A stretch of 64,000 nt of DNA from Squalus acanthias (taxonomy: Eukaryota). Shown in pieces: positions 12,406-26,030 of this stretch (positions are counted from its first letter, which is position 1; every line of letters starts with the position of its first letter). Position numbers and translations under genes: made by a program. The stretch lies in assembly GCA_030390025.1 (NCBI GenBank), contig CM059425.1, forward strand, positions 168,890,001-168,954,000, read 5' to 3'. Under the pieces are notes generated by a model. It ran no database searches and was not told the DNA's origin. It saw only the letters and a program-made list of their open reading frames with translations.

Positions 12406-13406
12406 TGCTGGTTGTATCAGTGAAGTCATTCTCAGAATTCATCTAATGTCTTTCTGTATGTCTGCAATCTCATGATTCAGTAAAACAAGAATGCAATATA
12501 AATGATCAAAAAAAAAGCTTGAAAATTAGCTGGCTATTTAACTGGATAAGTTGATCATGTAATCACCTCCCAGATCTACCTTTAATGTCTGTCACAACCC
12601 AGCATATTCAGTCGATCCTGACAGTTATAACCTCTCAGTTCTGCTATCTTCCTTGTAAATCTCTCTTCCACCTTTTTTCAGAGCCTTTATATCCATTTTG
12701 TAATATGGAGACCAGAACTGTACACTGTACTCTTAAGTGTGGGGTAACTACGGTTCAATACAAGTTTAACATAATTTCCCTGCTTTTTAATTCTATTCAT
12801 CGAGAAATGAACCTCAGTGCTTTGTTTGCATTTTTCATGGCCTGTTAACTTGCGCTGCTACTTTTAGTGATTTGTAAATGTGTACCCCTAGATCCCTTTG
12901 CTTCTCTACCTCATCTAGGCCTAGAAATCCAGGGGATTAGTGCCGGCCGTTAAGGCCCGTTTTGATGAAAAAATGGCAGCTGACTTGCTTCTGGCGGGTC
13001 CTGTGGGGGCCGCCATTTTGGCCAGGTCGGCAGTGCTGCCATTGCCAGCGCTTGCTGCAGAAATGGAAATGAGGCAGATTGTGACATCAATGAGTGTGCT
13101 CGTTTGACATGCGATCTGCTATATTCAACGTCGCTGCTTCACTTGCCTCCTTCTCTTAATCACAACCAGCTGACCAAGTGTTCAGCAGCAGGAAGGAGCC
13201 CCCAGCAGTGCTATTTAAAGGGACCATCATCAACAACTTGCAGCTGACATGGTTTCTCAGTTTGACTGGTTCTGTCTAAATTTCTGCAACTCTTGCAGCT
13301 TTCTAAACTTGTTTAAAGTTCCTGAGGTCACAGGGAGTGTTGCTGCAAGTGGAGAATGCCTTCATTCTCATTTAAAGGCTTCTGCTCACACTACCTGCTC
13401 ACAGTC

Positions 13407-14500
13407 ATGGGGGCTCTAGTATCTTTGGGAGAGGGAGCAGAGGCAGTGAAGAAGAGGAGAAGATGCTCACAGAGGGAGTAGGGACAGGAGGGCTCTCAAC
13501 AGGAGACCTTACCCAACTAGGGTCTTCAGGGAGCACTCCTCCTACTTGTGCCTAAGCCAGGAACAGCGTATTAGGAGGCTCCGCTTTACCAAGGAGGTGG
13601 CCACCTCCTGCAACCAGACCTGCAGCCTCAGAGCAGGGTGACCACAGGTCTCCCAGTGGCCCTCAAGGTCACCGTGGCCTTCTATTTCTTCACCAGCGGA
13701 TCCTTCCAGCCTGTAACAGGAGACATAGCTAAGATCTCCCAGTTCGCTGTCCATCACTGCATCCGGGAAGTCACTGAGGCTCTCTACTCCAGAAGAAGCG
13801 ACTTTGCTGCCTTCTCTCTGACCAGGGCACATGTGGCTTTGCCAAGATAGCGAGCTTCCCCATGGTACAGGGCACACACACGTGGCTTTGCAGGCACCGT
13901 ATACCAATCCTGAGATGTTCCGTAACCGCAAAGGCTACCACTCACTTAATGTGCAATTGTTGTGAGACCACGCCCAGCGCTTCATGATGGTGAATGGCCG
14001 GTATCCTGGCAGCAGTCATGATACCTTCATCTTGCGCCAGTCCGGTGTGCCAGCAATCTTCCAGCCACCAAGTCAAACGAAGGGTGGTTCCTCAGAGACG
14101 AGGGCTATCCGGTCTGCACCTGACTGATGACTCCCCTCCGCAACCCCACCACTCGTGGCCAGCACTCCCCTCCGCAACCCCACCACTCGTGCCCAGCACT
14201 CATATAATGATAGCTATGCTGCCACGAGGACCGTCATCGAGCAGACCATCGGGGTGCTCAAGCAACGGTTCCGCTGCCTTGACTGCTTGTGAGGAGCACT
14301 CCAGCACTTGCCAGAGTGGATGTCCCATTTCGTGTGGTCTGCTGCATGCTCTGCAACTTGGTCATCATGAGGGCGCAGCCCTTGCCACAAAGGATTGCAT
14401 GACCACTCAGGAGGAGGAAAGGGAGGGAGGAGGCAGGCAGCAAATCCCCGTTCTGGATGGGCTGTCCATGAACGCATCATTAGACTCTGATTCCAATGAC
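13407..14500 (+). pseudogene. HARBI1-like DDE transposase, frameshifted
   Basis: Fragments RVFREHSSYLCLSQEQRIRRLRF, LPVALKVTVAFYFFTSGSFQ...ISQFAVHHCIREVTEAL, FRNRKGYHSLNVQ, RYPGSSHDTFILRQS, TRTVIEQTIGVLKQRFRCLD. Several frameshifts and a 34-bp tandem duplication near 14130-14200. Confidence 0.88.
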
Positions 14501-14699
14501 TGAAACCCCAGATCCCTGTTGCTCATCACTTCCCCATCATGCCATCCCTCTGTCACAGAACGTCACGGCATCCTCCTGGGCACAAATCTGAAATGAGAGC
14601 CACCACAAAACACACATTCCAAACAAAAATTATAAATTTGTCCGAATGGAATCAAAATTGCAACATCAACTAATCACACTTGAGCATCACTTAGTTTCT

Positions 14700-16531
14700 G
14701 TCCTTCGTGTGCCTTTACCTGCTCTCTTGCTCCTACACAGTGTTCCCCCCCAGTGGCTGCAGTATGGCTGGTGGAAGGCTGCTGACTTTCAGTGGGAGAC
14801 TACAGATGGCTTGCAAGACGTCCTCGACCAGCTGCACCACCTCAGCGTGGGTGGGAGCAGTCTGGGCTGGCTGGCTGATAGGCAGCGGCAGGGCAATGGT
14901 GGAGTGGCAGTGGTGGAGTTGGAATGTTGTCATCCTGAGAGGACAGCAGGTTCTTGTTCCACAGACCCACTGCCACTTCCCCGGGGCGGCGCCTCAGCAG
15001 TCCTAGCCATCTGTTGGAGGACAGGTTGCTGGCCTGCTGTGACACCCTGCAAGCCCCTTTCAACACTCGTAAACCCAGTGATGATGGCTGCAGTCTGAGC
15101 TTGCGTGGCAGCAAGCTGAGCTGCAGGAGAGCAGTCTGCGCTTCCACTGCAGCACTGAGACATTGGGTCGCATCCACCTGTGCTGCAATGGAAGCTGCGA
15201 CATCGCCCATCACACGCAGCATCATGGCTGGGTCCAAAAGGTATCTCCTGGAGTTGTCCATCGTTTCCATCCTGGAAGTCATGGGCTCCAAGCTCTGCGC
15301 AAGGTTGGAGCCGGACTCCTCCATGCTCCTTGACACTGACGAGAGGCTCTCTGGCAAGCTTGCCATTGCACCTAGCATTTCCGTGTGCATACCCATCACC
15401 CTTTTTCTGAAGGCCACCCCATCGAGATCATCATCCAAGTCCTATAGAGCAGAACTCGTGTGCAAACTAACCCTCCGGGGAACTGGCTTCCAAGCTCCCT
15501 TTCACCTCGGCCTGGTTGCAGCCCACTCATACCCAATGCCTCACCATGTGCAGATCCTGCCTCGATAATACCCTCCGCGCAGTGCCATTTTCTGAGCTGG
15601 TGTCTGCGAGTGTCGGATGCAGTGCCGATGTGTCGTCTTCTCCTCCATCACTCTGCTCCACAAGTTCAGGGACAGGCTGGCCTGCTGGCAGTTGTTGGGT
15701 ATCTGAAAGCAGAAAGGCACAAGGGTCGGGTTGTGGTGATGGAAGGGGGGGAAAGCAACATCTCCATGCATACACCATCAGCAGCTTGTAAGTGAGAAGA
15801 GATTGTGGGATGAGGGGGAAGTGGAATGTGAGAAGGAGGATTATTTATGACAGTACCGTCATTATCAGCAACGACTTCAACTTCTCCCGTGGCCACGTAA
15901 TCTGTCACTGCCCCTCCAATAATGTTGAGCACCTATTTCTCCAGGTCAGTGAGGTTCTGTATTGCGGCTTGGCCGCCTCCCGTCTGCCATTGCTCCCTCC
16001 TGTTATGTGCCAACTTTGCCTGCAAGAGAAAGGGAAGTGTTTCAGTGAGTGTGGGGTGATGTGCCTGCCATAGTTGAATAGCTGTCAGTATGTGCAGGGT
16101 GTGAGATGTGGGTGTGAGTGTTGCAGCAATGGTAAGGTTGTGAGGGTGAAGTGAAGCTCTGATTGTGAGGTATGAGTGGTGATAGGTAGATATTGCTGAT
16201 AGGTGAGTGGTGGGGGTGTGGTGCATTGAGCTGTGTGTGAGGCTTGTGGTACTGATGGTGGGATATGGCACTTGCTGAAGCCTTCACTCACCTTGACTTG
16301 CTGTGTGAGGTCATTAAACTTATTTCGGCACTGGATCCAGGTCCTTGGTACAACACTGGTGGACGTGACGGAGTCCGCTGTCTCCTCCCATAGACTTCTG
16401 CAAATGCCTTTGGATGGCCTCCTGCCCCCCTGCAGGTACAGCACAGCCTGCCTTCATTGCACAGCCAGGACCAAGGCCTCTCGTGCAGCATCTGAAAACC
16501 TTCTTGCTCGCTCCCTTGGTTGCTGTGCCAT
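14700..16531 (-). pseudogene. Harbinger Myb/SANT-like DNA-binding protein gene, 3 exons, decayed
   Basis: MAQQPRERARRFSDAAREALV...LWEETADSVTSTSVVPRTWIQCRNKFNDL; donor AAG|GTGAGT near 16290, acceptor TTGCAG near 16020; exon 2 AKLAHNRREQWQTGGG; coiled-coil-like exon 3; in-frame stops. Confidence 0.82.
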
Positions 16532-17037
16532 GGCTTGATCTACAAGGACACTGAGTTGCTTCTGCAGGAAAGCACCTCCTCTTTAGGTGGTGCAGAGAGC
16601 CTAGGCCAAACATTACTGGCCATGAGACTGCACCCGATATTACCGCTCACAACCTTCCCCCCCGCCGTCCCCCCAATTGAGCGCTAAGCAAATCAGCAGC
16701 ATGTATAGTGCAGAGATCAGCATTCCAATCATTATAATGAACAGACAGCACGAATTTTGCATGCTGCCTGCACCACTTTGAACGGGCACAGGCAAATAGC
16801 GCTAGCCTGTGACACCACTTGTTTTTGGGCCATATCTAATTTCTAGGCCTTAGACTCTTATTTTCCAAGCAGTATGTGTCCTCCTTATTCCTCCTACCAA
16901 AATGCACCACTTCACACTTAGCTATATTGAAATTAATTTGCCATTTACACACCCATTCTGCAAGTTTATTAATGTCTTTTTAAAATTTTGTCACAGTCTT
17001 TCTCAGTAGTAACAGTGCGCCCCAATTTGGTGTCATC

Positions 17038-18692
17038 TTTTTTTATTCGTTTACGGGATGTGGGCGTCGCTGGCAAGGCCAGCATTTATTGCCCATCCCT
17101 AATTGCCCTTGAGAAGGTGGTGGTGAGCCGCTGCCTTGAATCGCTGCAGTCCGTGTGGTGAAGGTACTCCCTCAGTGCTGTTGACAGGATTTTGACCCAG
17201 TGACAATGAAGGATCGGCGATATATTTCCAAGTCAGGATGGTGTGTGACTTGGAGGGGAACTTGGAGGTGGTGGTGTTCCCATGTGCCTGCTGCCCTTGT
17301 CCTTCTAGGTGGAAGAGGTCGCGGGTTTGGGAGGTGCTGCCGAAGAAGCCTTGGCGAGTTGCTGCAGTGCATCTTGTAGATGGTACACACTGCAGCCACG
17401 TTGCGCCGGTGGTGGAGGGAGTGAATGTTCAAGGTGGTGGATGGGGTGCCAATCAAGCGGGCTGCTTTGTCCTGGATGGTGTTGAGCTTCTTGTGTTGTT
17501 GGAGCTGCACTCATCCAGGCAAGTGGAGAGTATTCCATCACACTCCTTACTTGTGCCTTGTAGATGGTGGAAAGGCTTTGGGGAGTCAGGAGGTGAGACA
17601 CTCGCCGCAGAATACCTAGCCCCTGACCTGCTCTTGTTGCCGCAGTATTTATGTGGCTGGTCCAGTTAAGTTTCTGGTCAATGTTTCAGGATGTTGATGG
17701 GGGATTCGGCGATGGTAATGCCATTGAATGTCAAGGGGAGGTGGTTAGACTCTCGCTTGTTGGAGATAGTCACTGCATGGCACTTCTGTGGCGCGAATGT
17801 TACCTGCCACTTATCAGCCCAAGCCTGAACGTCGTCCAGGTCTTGTTGCATGTGGGCATGGACTGTTTCATTATCTGAGGTGTTGCGAATGGCGCTGAAC
17901 ACTGTGCAGTCATCAGCAAACATCCCCATTTCTGACCTTATGTTGGAGGAAAGGTCATTGATGAAGCAGCTGAAGATGGTTTGGCCTAGGACACTGCCCT
18001 GAGGAACTCCTGCAGCAATGTCCTGGGGCTGTGATGATTGACTTTCAACCACCACAACCATCTTCCTTTGTGCTAGGTAAGACTCCAGCCAGTGGAGAGT
18101 TTCCTCCCCCCCTGATTCCCATTGACTTCAGTTTTACTAGGGCTCCTTGCTGCCACACTCGGTCAAATGCTGCCTTGATGTCAAGGGCTGTCACTCTCAC
18201 CTCACCTCTGGAATTCAGCTCCTTTGTCCATGTTTGGACCAAGGCTGTAATGAGGTCGGGAGCCAAGTGGTCTTGGCGGAACCCAAACTGGGCATCAGTG
18301 AGCAGGTTATTGGTGAGTAAGTGCTGCCTGATAGTACTATTGATGACACCTTCCATCACTTTACTGATGATTGAGAGTAGACTGATGGGGCAGTAATTGG
18401 CCGGATTGGATTTGTCCTGCTTTTTGTGGACAGGACATACCTGGGCAGTTTTCCACATTGTTGGATAGATGCCAGTGTTGTAGCTGTACTGGAACAGCTT
18501 GTCTAGAGGCGCGGCTAGTTCTGGAACACAAGTCTTCAGCACGACAGCTGGGATGTTGTCGGGGCCCATAGCCTTTGCTGTATCCAGTGTGCTCAGCCGT
18601 TTCTTGATATCACGTGGAGTGAATCGAATTGGCTGAAGACTGTCTTCTGTGATGGTGGGGACCTCAGGATATGGATCATCCACTCGGCACTT
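17038..18692 (-). mobile_element. 5'-truncated non-LTR retrotransposon of the CR1/L2 group (second family), RT region and 3' end
   Basis: ORFs KAMGPDNIP...NYCPISLLS...QFGFR...ALDIKAAFDRVW and GVPQGSVLG...MFADD; A-rich 3' end at 17038. Related + strand pieces at ~19030-19280 and ~58627-59715. Confidence 0.85.
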
Positions 18693-20661
18693 CTGAAAAT
18701 TTTGAAATTGTTCTTCTGATTTCTGAGACCAAAACATTTATGTAAATGGTGAACAGCTGTGGTTCAAGCACCGATCCCTGTGGAACATCACTTCCCACCT
18801 TCTGCCAGTCTGAGTAACTACCTTTAAGCCCTACTCTCTGTTTTCTGTATTGTAGCCAGCTTGCTATCCGTTCTGCTGTTAGTTGTGACAAACCAGGGGT
18901 GCAGTTATGATTTTATTCTTCCAAATGTGTCCAGTGAGCATTTTAAACTATAACATGAGGGTGGTTTCAGGTGTATCACTAGTAGTGGGAGAAATTTGAA
19001 TTGATGAATTAAGAGTAGCACAAATGAAACATCTGGATAAAGCAGTCCAATTTATCAGCACCTCATCCACCAGTCTAAGCATCCACCCCCTCCATCACCA
19101 GCATACTGTGGCTGCAGTGTACACTATCTACACTATGCACTGCAAGAAGTTGTCAAACCTTCTTTTGCAGCACCTTCCAAACCTGTGACCTCCACTACCT
19201 AGAAGTACAAGGGCAGCAGTTGCATGGAAACACCATCACCTGCAAGTTCCTCTCCAAGTCACACACCAACTTGACCAATGTACCCGGCCACCACCTCTCT
19301 ACCGGTTCTGCACAGCCTGGGACAGGCTTTTTACAATATAAAATTTTGTGCATCGAAACTGTGAATGGGCCTTGCAGCCCCTGAAAGAGTGTCTGGATCA
19401 AAAATCTGGTTTCTTAGCTATATTCTAATTATCATGCCAAATCAAGTATAATCAGGAGTACCTTTACCTAGTTTTTTTTAAGTACATTTTTCTGCAAATT
19501 GCTGTTGTGAGATGCTGCTAATATTATTGCACAATTTTTTCTTTTTGTTCATGGGATGTGGGCGTCGCTGGCAAGGCCAGCATATATTGCCCATCCCTAG
19601 TTGCCCTTGACAAGGTGCACTTTGTTGGTCCTGTTATAGAGAGTTAAGTGGGATCTCACCTGGTGAATCACAGTTCACAAGTGAGCATGAGCAGAGAATG
19701 GTGGTAGGGACAGATGTGGAGAGTCTGCGCCGGAGGAGACTGTTCTCTCCAAGCACTGCTCAGCTGGAAAGAGATGCTGAACCCCGGAGGGCCATCAATG
19801 AAAAAGAGAATGATAGAGGATCAGCAGTAAATGTGCGAGCTGCTGGCAGTCGTACCTGACACACTTTTCCACAATAGAAGAGAGGATGGAGGAGTCCAGC
19901 TCAAGCATTTGTGGATTGATGTTGCAAGCCATTGCGAGGATGTCTTCCATGGTTAAAGTGGCCTCCTCTGTGAAACTTGAATCGCAACACACTAATCAGT
20001 TCCTGCACACCCTGACCACAGCCGTGCAAACTATGGATGCCAACATTTCTGCCACCTTAAATAGGATACATTAGCTGAGGTCTTACAAGGCATCACTGAT
20101 CCGCTCCAAGCTGCTCTCCCACATAGAGATAGGAGTGAGGTGCCGCTGGCCAGGAGAGGGATGATGGCAAAAGGAGACATGGAAGTGGGAATTCCACTTC
20201 TCGCCCATTGCCCCCCTACCTTAACCAGTAGCCGACATGCTGCTGCCTCCTCCCGATGCCCCCGCACAGGTGCGGGTGGAGCAGTCTTTGGCGGGGCCCT
20301 CATGGGCTCCAACACTCAGAGGTTGTCACCGCAAGCATCTCAAGCCAGAGCAGGGATCAGAGCAGCCTGCCTCCACCTCTGCTAAAGCCACCGGTTTTCA
20401 TAGAGCCACATAGGATCAGTAGGGAAAGGAAGAGAAAAGCTTTGTAGTTCACTGAGGGTATGCACATGAGTTTTTATAAAAATATTAGTAAGTTTCATTC
20501 ATTTATTTATTCACATAAAATGTATTACTTTGCACCACTTTCCCTTGTTCACCATTCTTGCCTGGCGAGTGCCAACTCGGGTTTTCAGTTGCTTGGTGAT
20601 GAATGTGAAGACGTGAATTGACTCAGACCAATTGGTGCACGTGCAATGGGTGAGTGTTTGG

Positions 20662-21535
20662 TTACAGGACTGCTTTGTGTCGGTGGGGATGGGGGAAGAT
20701 GTGATTGTTACTTTTGCCCATTGTGAGTAAGCTTCGAGCTATTAAGGCATCCCGAGCAGCGATGTCATCGGCTGGTCTGGTGTTAGGGGCCCCATCTTCA
20801 TCCTCTTGCTCCTCCACTCCATTGGAATCCTCATCAGATGAAGAGTGCTGAGTCGCTTGTTCCTCCTCCACCTCTAGTCCTCGCTGCTGTGTTATGTTCA
20901 GAATGCAGCATACCACTATTATCCGAGAGACCTTCGCTGAGTACTGAAGGGCGTCTCCAGACCTGTCCAAGCATCTGAAGCGCATCTTGAGCATGCTGAA
21001 GGCTTGCTCGATGTCACATCTAGTTGTCATATGGCTTGCGTTGTAGCGCTCTTGGTGTTCATCTGTGGGGTTCCTCAGGTGTCGTCAGCCAGATTTGAAG
21101 GGGGATATCCTTGGTCGCTTAGCAGCCATCCCTTAAGACTAGTTTCAGGTATGAACTGGTCGGGGATGTTGGACTGCCGCAATATGAAAGCATCATGGTA
21201 GATCCCAGGGAATCTGGCGCAGACCCGAGTGAACTTTTTCTTGTGGTTGCACACCAACTTAACATTGACTGAATTAAATCCCTTGTGGTTGACACATGCT
21301 CTCGGTTGATCTGGGGCTGCTTGGATTGCCACGTGTGTGGCACCCTGTACCTGTGGGAAGTCAACCAGAGGTGCAAATCCGAGTGCACTCTCATTCTGGC
21401 TATTGTTGGCACAGGGGAAGTTTACATACCTCCGAGACCTGGCAAACAATCCATCCATAAACCAGCCTTATGCATTTATGTGCAGCTGATTGCAAGACCC
21501 TCGTATTGTCTCTGGTAGCGTCCTGGAAGGAACCA
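20662..21535 (-). pseudogene. HARBI1-like DDE transposase catalytic region
   Basis: ORFs 21075..21458 and 20662..21030 carry DDE_Tnp_4-type motifs. Confidence 0.85.
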
Positions 21536-21547
21536 GGGTGTTGGTCT

Positions 21548-21995
21548 GTGTCAGCTGTGGCTCAGTTTGTAGCACACTCACCTCTGAGTCAGAAGATTGT
21601 GGGTTCAAGCCCAACTCCAGCGATTGAGCACAAAATCTCGGCTGACACTCCCAGTGCAGTACTGAGGGAGTGCTGCACTGTCGGAGGTGCCGTCTTTCGG
21701 ATGAGATGTTAAGCCGAGGCCCGGTTTGCCCTCTCGGATGGACGTAAAAGATCCCATGGCACTATTCGAAGAAGGGCAGGGGAGTTCTCCCTGGTGTCCT
21801 GGCCAATGAATATCCCCCAACATCACTAAAACAGATTATCTGGTCATTATCACATTGCTGTTGGCAAATTGACTGCCACGTTTCTTACATTACAACAGTG
21901 ACTACACTTCAAAAGTACTTCATTGGCTGTAAAATGCTTTTGGGACGTTGTGATATCATTAAAGGTGCTATGTAAATGCAAGATTTTTTTTTTCT
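21548..21995 (+). mobile_element. tRNA-headed Deu-domain SINE (SacSINE1/AmnSINE-like) with L2-like tail
   Basis: A/B boxes TGGCTCAGTTTG and GGTTCAAGCC; Deu-like core GAGGTGCCGTCTTTCGGATGAG...AAAGATCCCATGGCACTATTCGAAGAAG; tail GGTGCTATGTAAATGCAAG. Confidence 0.8.
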
Positions 21996-22629
21996 TTTTC
22001 ACAGCCACTGGTACTGCGTGGCCGCCAGGTCCATTAGGTAGCAGGTCTAGGAGGTTGCAGGTTACATAGGATATACGGCACAGAAACGGGCCATTCGACC
22101 CAACCAGTCCATGCCGGCGTTTATGCTCCACACGAGTCTCCTCCCGTTTTTCCGCATCTAAATCTATCAGCATAACCCTCTATTCCCTTTTCCCTCATAT
22201 GCTTGTCTAGCCTCTCCTTAAATGCATCAATCCTATTTGCTTCAACCACTCCCTGTGGTAGTGAGTTCCACATTCTCGCCACTCTTTGGGTAAAGAAGTT
22301 TCTTCTGAATTCCCGATTGGATTTCTTGGTGACTATCTTATATTGATGGCCTCTAGTTGTGCTCTTCCCCACAAGTGGAAACATTCTCTCTGTATTCATT
22401 CTATCAAAACCTTTCATAATTTTAAAGACCTCTATTAGGTCACCCCTCAGCCTTTTTTCAAGAGAAAAGAGACCCAGCCTGTTCATCCTTTCGTGATATG
22501 TATACCTTTGCATTTCTGGTATCATCCTTGTAAATCTTCTCTGCACCCTCTCCAGTGCCTCTATATCCTTTTTATAATATGGCGACCAGAACTGTACGCA
22601 GTACTATTAAGTGTGGTCCAACCAAGGTC

Positions 22630-25600
22630 ATAGTCATAGAGTCATAACGGCACAGAAGGAGGCCATTCGGCCCATCGAGTCCGTGCCGGCTCTCCAGAGT
22701 AATCCAGTCAGTCCCATTTCCCCCGCTCTCCCCGCAGCCCTGCAAATTTATTTCCCTCAAGTGCCTATCCAGTCTCCCCTTGAAAACATTGAGTGTCTCC
22801 GCTTCCACCACTTCTGTCTGCAGCAAATTCCAGGTTATCACCACTCGCTGTGTAAAAAAGTTTTTCCTCACATCCCCCCTGTATCTCTTGCCCAAAACCT
22901 TTAAATCTGTGTCCCCTTGTCCTTGTACCATCAACTAGTGGGAACAGCCTTTCCCTGTCTAGCCTATCCAAACCCGTCTTAATCTTGTACACCTCTATCA
23001 AATCACCCCTCAACCTCCTTTGCTCTAATGAAAACAAATCCAGCTTCTCCAACCTGTCCTTGTAGCTAAGATCCCCCATCCCCGAAACCATTCTGGTAAA
23101 TCTCCTCTGCACCCTCTCGAGGGCCTTCACATTCTTCCTAAAGTGTGGTGACCAGAACTGGATGCAATACTCCAGTTGTGGCCTAACCAGCACTTTATAA
23201 AGGTTCAGCATAACTTCTCTACTTTTGCACTCAATACCTCCTATTTATGAAGCCCAAGATCCCATAAGCTTTGTTAACCACTCTCTCAATATGTCCTGCC
23301 ACCTTCAGGGACCTATGCACATTAACTTCCAGGTCACTCTGTCCCTGCACACTCTTTAAAACTGTGCCATGAAGTGTATATTGCCTCTCCCTGTTCCTTC
23401 TGCCAAAATGCATCACCTCACACTTCTCTGTATTAAATTCCATCTGCCACTTGTCTGCCCATTCTGCTAGCTTTTCTATGTCCTATTGCAGTCGATTGAT
23501 ATTATCATCACTGTTTGCCACACCCCCAAGTTTGGTGTCATCGGCAAATTTAGAAATTCTACTCTCTATTCCAATATCCAGGTCATATATATATTCAAAA
23601 AAGCAGTGGCCCCAGCACTGACCCTTGGGGAACACCACTGTCTACCATCCTCCAGTCTGAAAAACAGCCATTTACCACAACTTGCTGTTTTCTGTCCTTA
23701 AGCCAATTCCTAATCCAAGCTGCCACTGACCCACCTATTCCATGAGCCTCAATTTTGTTAACCAGCCTTCTTTGTGGTACTTTGTCCAACGCCTTCTGTT
23801 AATCCATGTAGACAACATCCATTGCATTCCCTTCATCAATCCTCCCTGTTACTTCATCAAAAAATTCAATTAGATTAGTCAAACACGATCTTCCTTTTAC
23901 AAACCCGTGTTGGCTCTCCTTAATTAGCTTAAACCTCTCCAAATGCCTGTTAATTTTTTCCTTGATTATTGTTTCTAAAGCTTTAACCACCACTGATGTT
24001 AAACTGACCGGCCTGTAGTTACTAGGATTGTCCTTACACCCTTTCTTGAACAATGGTGTCACATTTGCAACTTTCCAATCCTCAGGCACCTCCCCTGCAT
24101 CGAGGGAAGATTGGAAAATTATGGCAAGTCCTTCCGCGATCTCCTCCCCCAATTCCCTAAGCCATCTGGACCAGGCGACTTGTCCACTCTAAGCATACCC
24201 AGCCTTTCTAGTACATCCTGTCTTATCAATTTTCACCCCTTCCATTGCTTCTACCTTTTCCACTTCTACTGATATTTTGTCAGCATCCACCTCCTTAGTA
24301 ACCACCGATGCAAAGTACTCATTGAGTATTCTAGCCTTGCCCTGCGCCTCTAAGCATATATCACCTTTGTCTCTTAATAGGCCCCACCCAGCCTCTTACT
24401 ACCCGCTTACTGTTTACATGCCAGTAGATTATTTTTGGGTTCCCTTTTATGTTAACTGCCATTCTACTCTCATATTCTCTCTTTGCCAATCTTATTTTCA
24501 TCTTCACGTCCCCTCTCCAAATTATTGTATTTGGTCTGGTTCTCCCTTGAAGAATTCACCTGACATGCATCATAAACCCTCTTTTTTTGTTTCATCATCT
24601 TCTCTATCTCCCTCGTCATCCAAGGAGCCCTTGCTTTGGTTCCCTTACCCTTCCCTCTTGTTGGAATGTACCTAGCCTGCACTTGAAACATCTCCTCCTT
24701 AAAGATCACCCATTGTTCCGTTACAGTTTTTCCTGTCTTTGGTTCCATTTTACCCTGGCTAGATCCTTTTGCATCCCATTGAAGTTAGCCCTGTTCCAGT
24801 TTAGAAGTTCCACTCTAGATTGTTCCTTGCACCTCTCCATTGCTAATCTAAATCTTATGATACGATGATCACTCGTACCCAAGTGTTCTCCCACAGACAC
24901 TTGGTCGACTTGGCCCACATCATTCCCCAGCACCAGATCCAGCAATGCCTCCTTCCAAGTTGGGCCAAGGACTTACTGGTCAAGGAAATTCTCCTGAACA
25001 CATTTCAGAAATTCCTCCCCCTCCTTTCCCTTTACCCTAGCATTACCCCAATTGATATTTGGGTAATTAAAGTCCCCCGACATCACCACTCTATAGCTCT
25101 TGCATATCTCTGCGATTTCCCTGCAGATTTGCTCCTCTACCTCCCTCTCACTATTTGGAGGCCTATAGAATTCCCCCAATAGTGTGATCATACCCTTTTT
25201 GCTCCTCAACTCTAACCAATTGCATTCTGTCCTGGTCCCCTCAAGAACATCCTCCCTTTCCAACACTACAACGTCTTCCTTAATCAGCACTTCCACCCCA
25301 CCTCCCTTTTTTCCTTCCCTATCTTTTCTGAACACCTTGTACCCTTGAATATTAAGTGCCCAGTCCTCACCGTTTTTAAGCCACGTTTCCGTTATTGCCA
25401 CAACATCATATTGCCACACGGCTAATTGTGCTTGTAGCTCACCAACCTTATTCACCACACTTTGTGCGTTTACGTACATGTATTCTAAACCCATTTTTGA
25501 ATTTTTCGTAGTCTTTCTTAGTCTGCTCCTATCTAATATGGCACTACTACCGCCTCTAGTACTATCTTTAGTACTATCCAACACACTCACTCTTTTATGC

Positions 25601-26030
25601 ACCTTATTCCTCTTTTCTACTCCTACATGCTGGTGTCCACCCCCCTGCCAAGTTAGTTTAAACCCTCCCCAACAGCACTAACAAACCTCCCCGCAAGAAT
25701 ATTGGTCCCGGCTCTGTTGAGATGTAACCTGTCCGGCCTGTACAGGCCCCACCTTCCCCAGAAACGGTCCCAATGCCTCAGGAATCTAAAGCCCTCCCTC
25801 CTGCACCATCTCTCCAGCCACGCATTCATCTGTTCTATCCTCCTATTCCTGTACTCTCAAGCACGTGGCACCGGGAGTAATCCGGAGATTACTACCTTTT
25901 TAGGTCCTGCTTTTTAATCACTCTCCCAGCTCCCTAAACTCTGCCTGCAGGACCTCATCCCTCTTTCTGCCTATGTTGTTGGTACCGATATGGACAACAA
26001 CCTCTGGCTGTTCACCCTCTTTCCCCCCCC
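22630..26030 (-). mobile_element. CR1 LINE 'b': decayed ORF2 (APE endonuclease + RT) plus the 3' part of an SGNH-esterase ORF1
   Basis: EVVVHIGTNNIG and LYRPDRLHL esterase motifs; EN YDVVAITETWL, GDFNYPNINW; RT GVPQGSVLGP; 3' tail TCATAGTCATAGAGTCATA on +. Confidence 0.85.

Larger units (their letters stand above)
12918..16849. mobile_element. Full-length but decayed PIF/Harbinger DNA transposon (~3.9 kb)
   Basis: Perfect TIR GGCCTAGAAAT (12918) / ATTTCTAGGCC (16849), flanked by CTA/TTA (TWA-type TSD, one mismatch). Convergent transposase and Myb genes inside; the flanks rejoin as continuous CR1. Confidence 0.9.
12560..18880 (-). mobile_element. Old CR1 LINE RT fragment in three pieces (~12560-12917, 16853-17037, 18693-18880), interrupted by a Harbinger and another LINE
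   Basis: The pieces rejoin into CR1 RT sequence (GVPQGSVLxPQLFTIYIN, DDTKLG, KCEVxHFG) similar to 26033-26550. Confidence 0.7.

Noticed and set aside
13407..14500. Domesticated host HARBI1 gene
   Set aside because: Frameshifted, enclosed by TIRs and a TSD, and one of several divergent copies, so it is a transposon relic.
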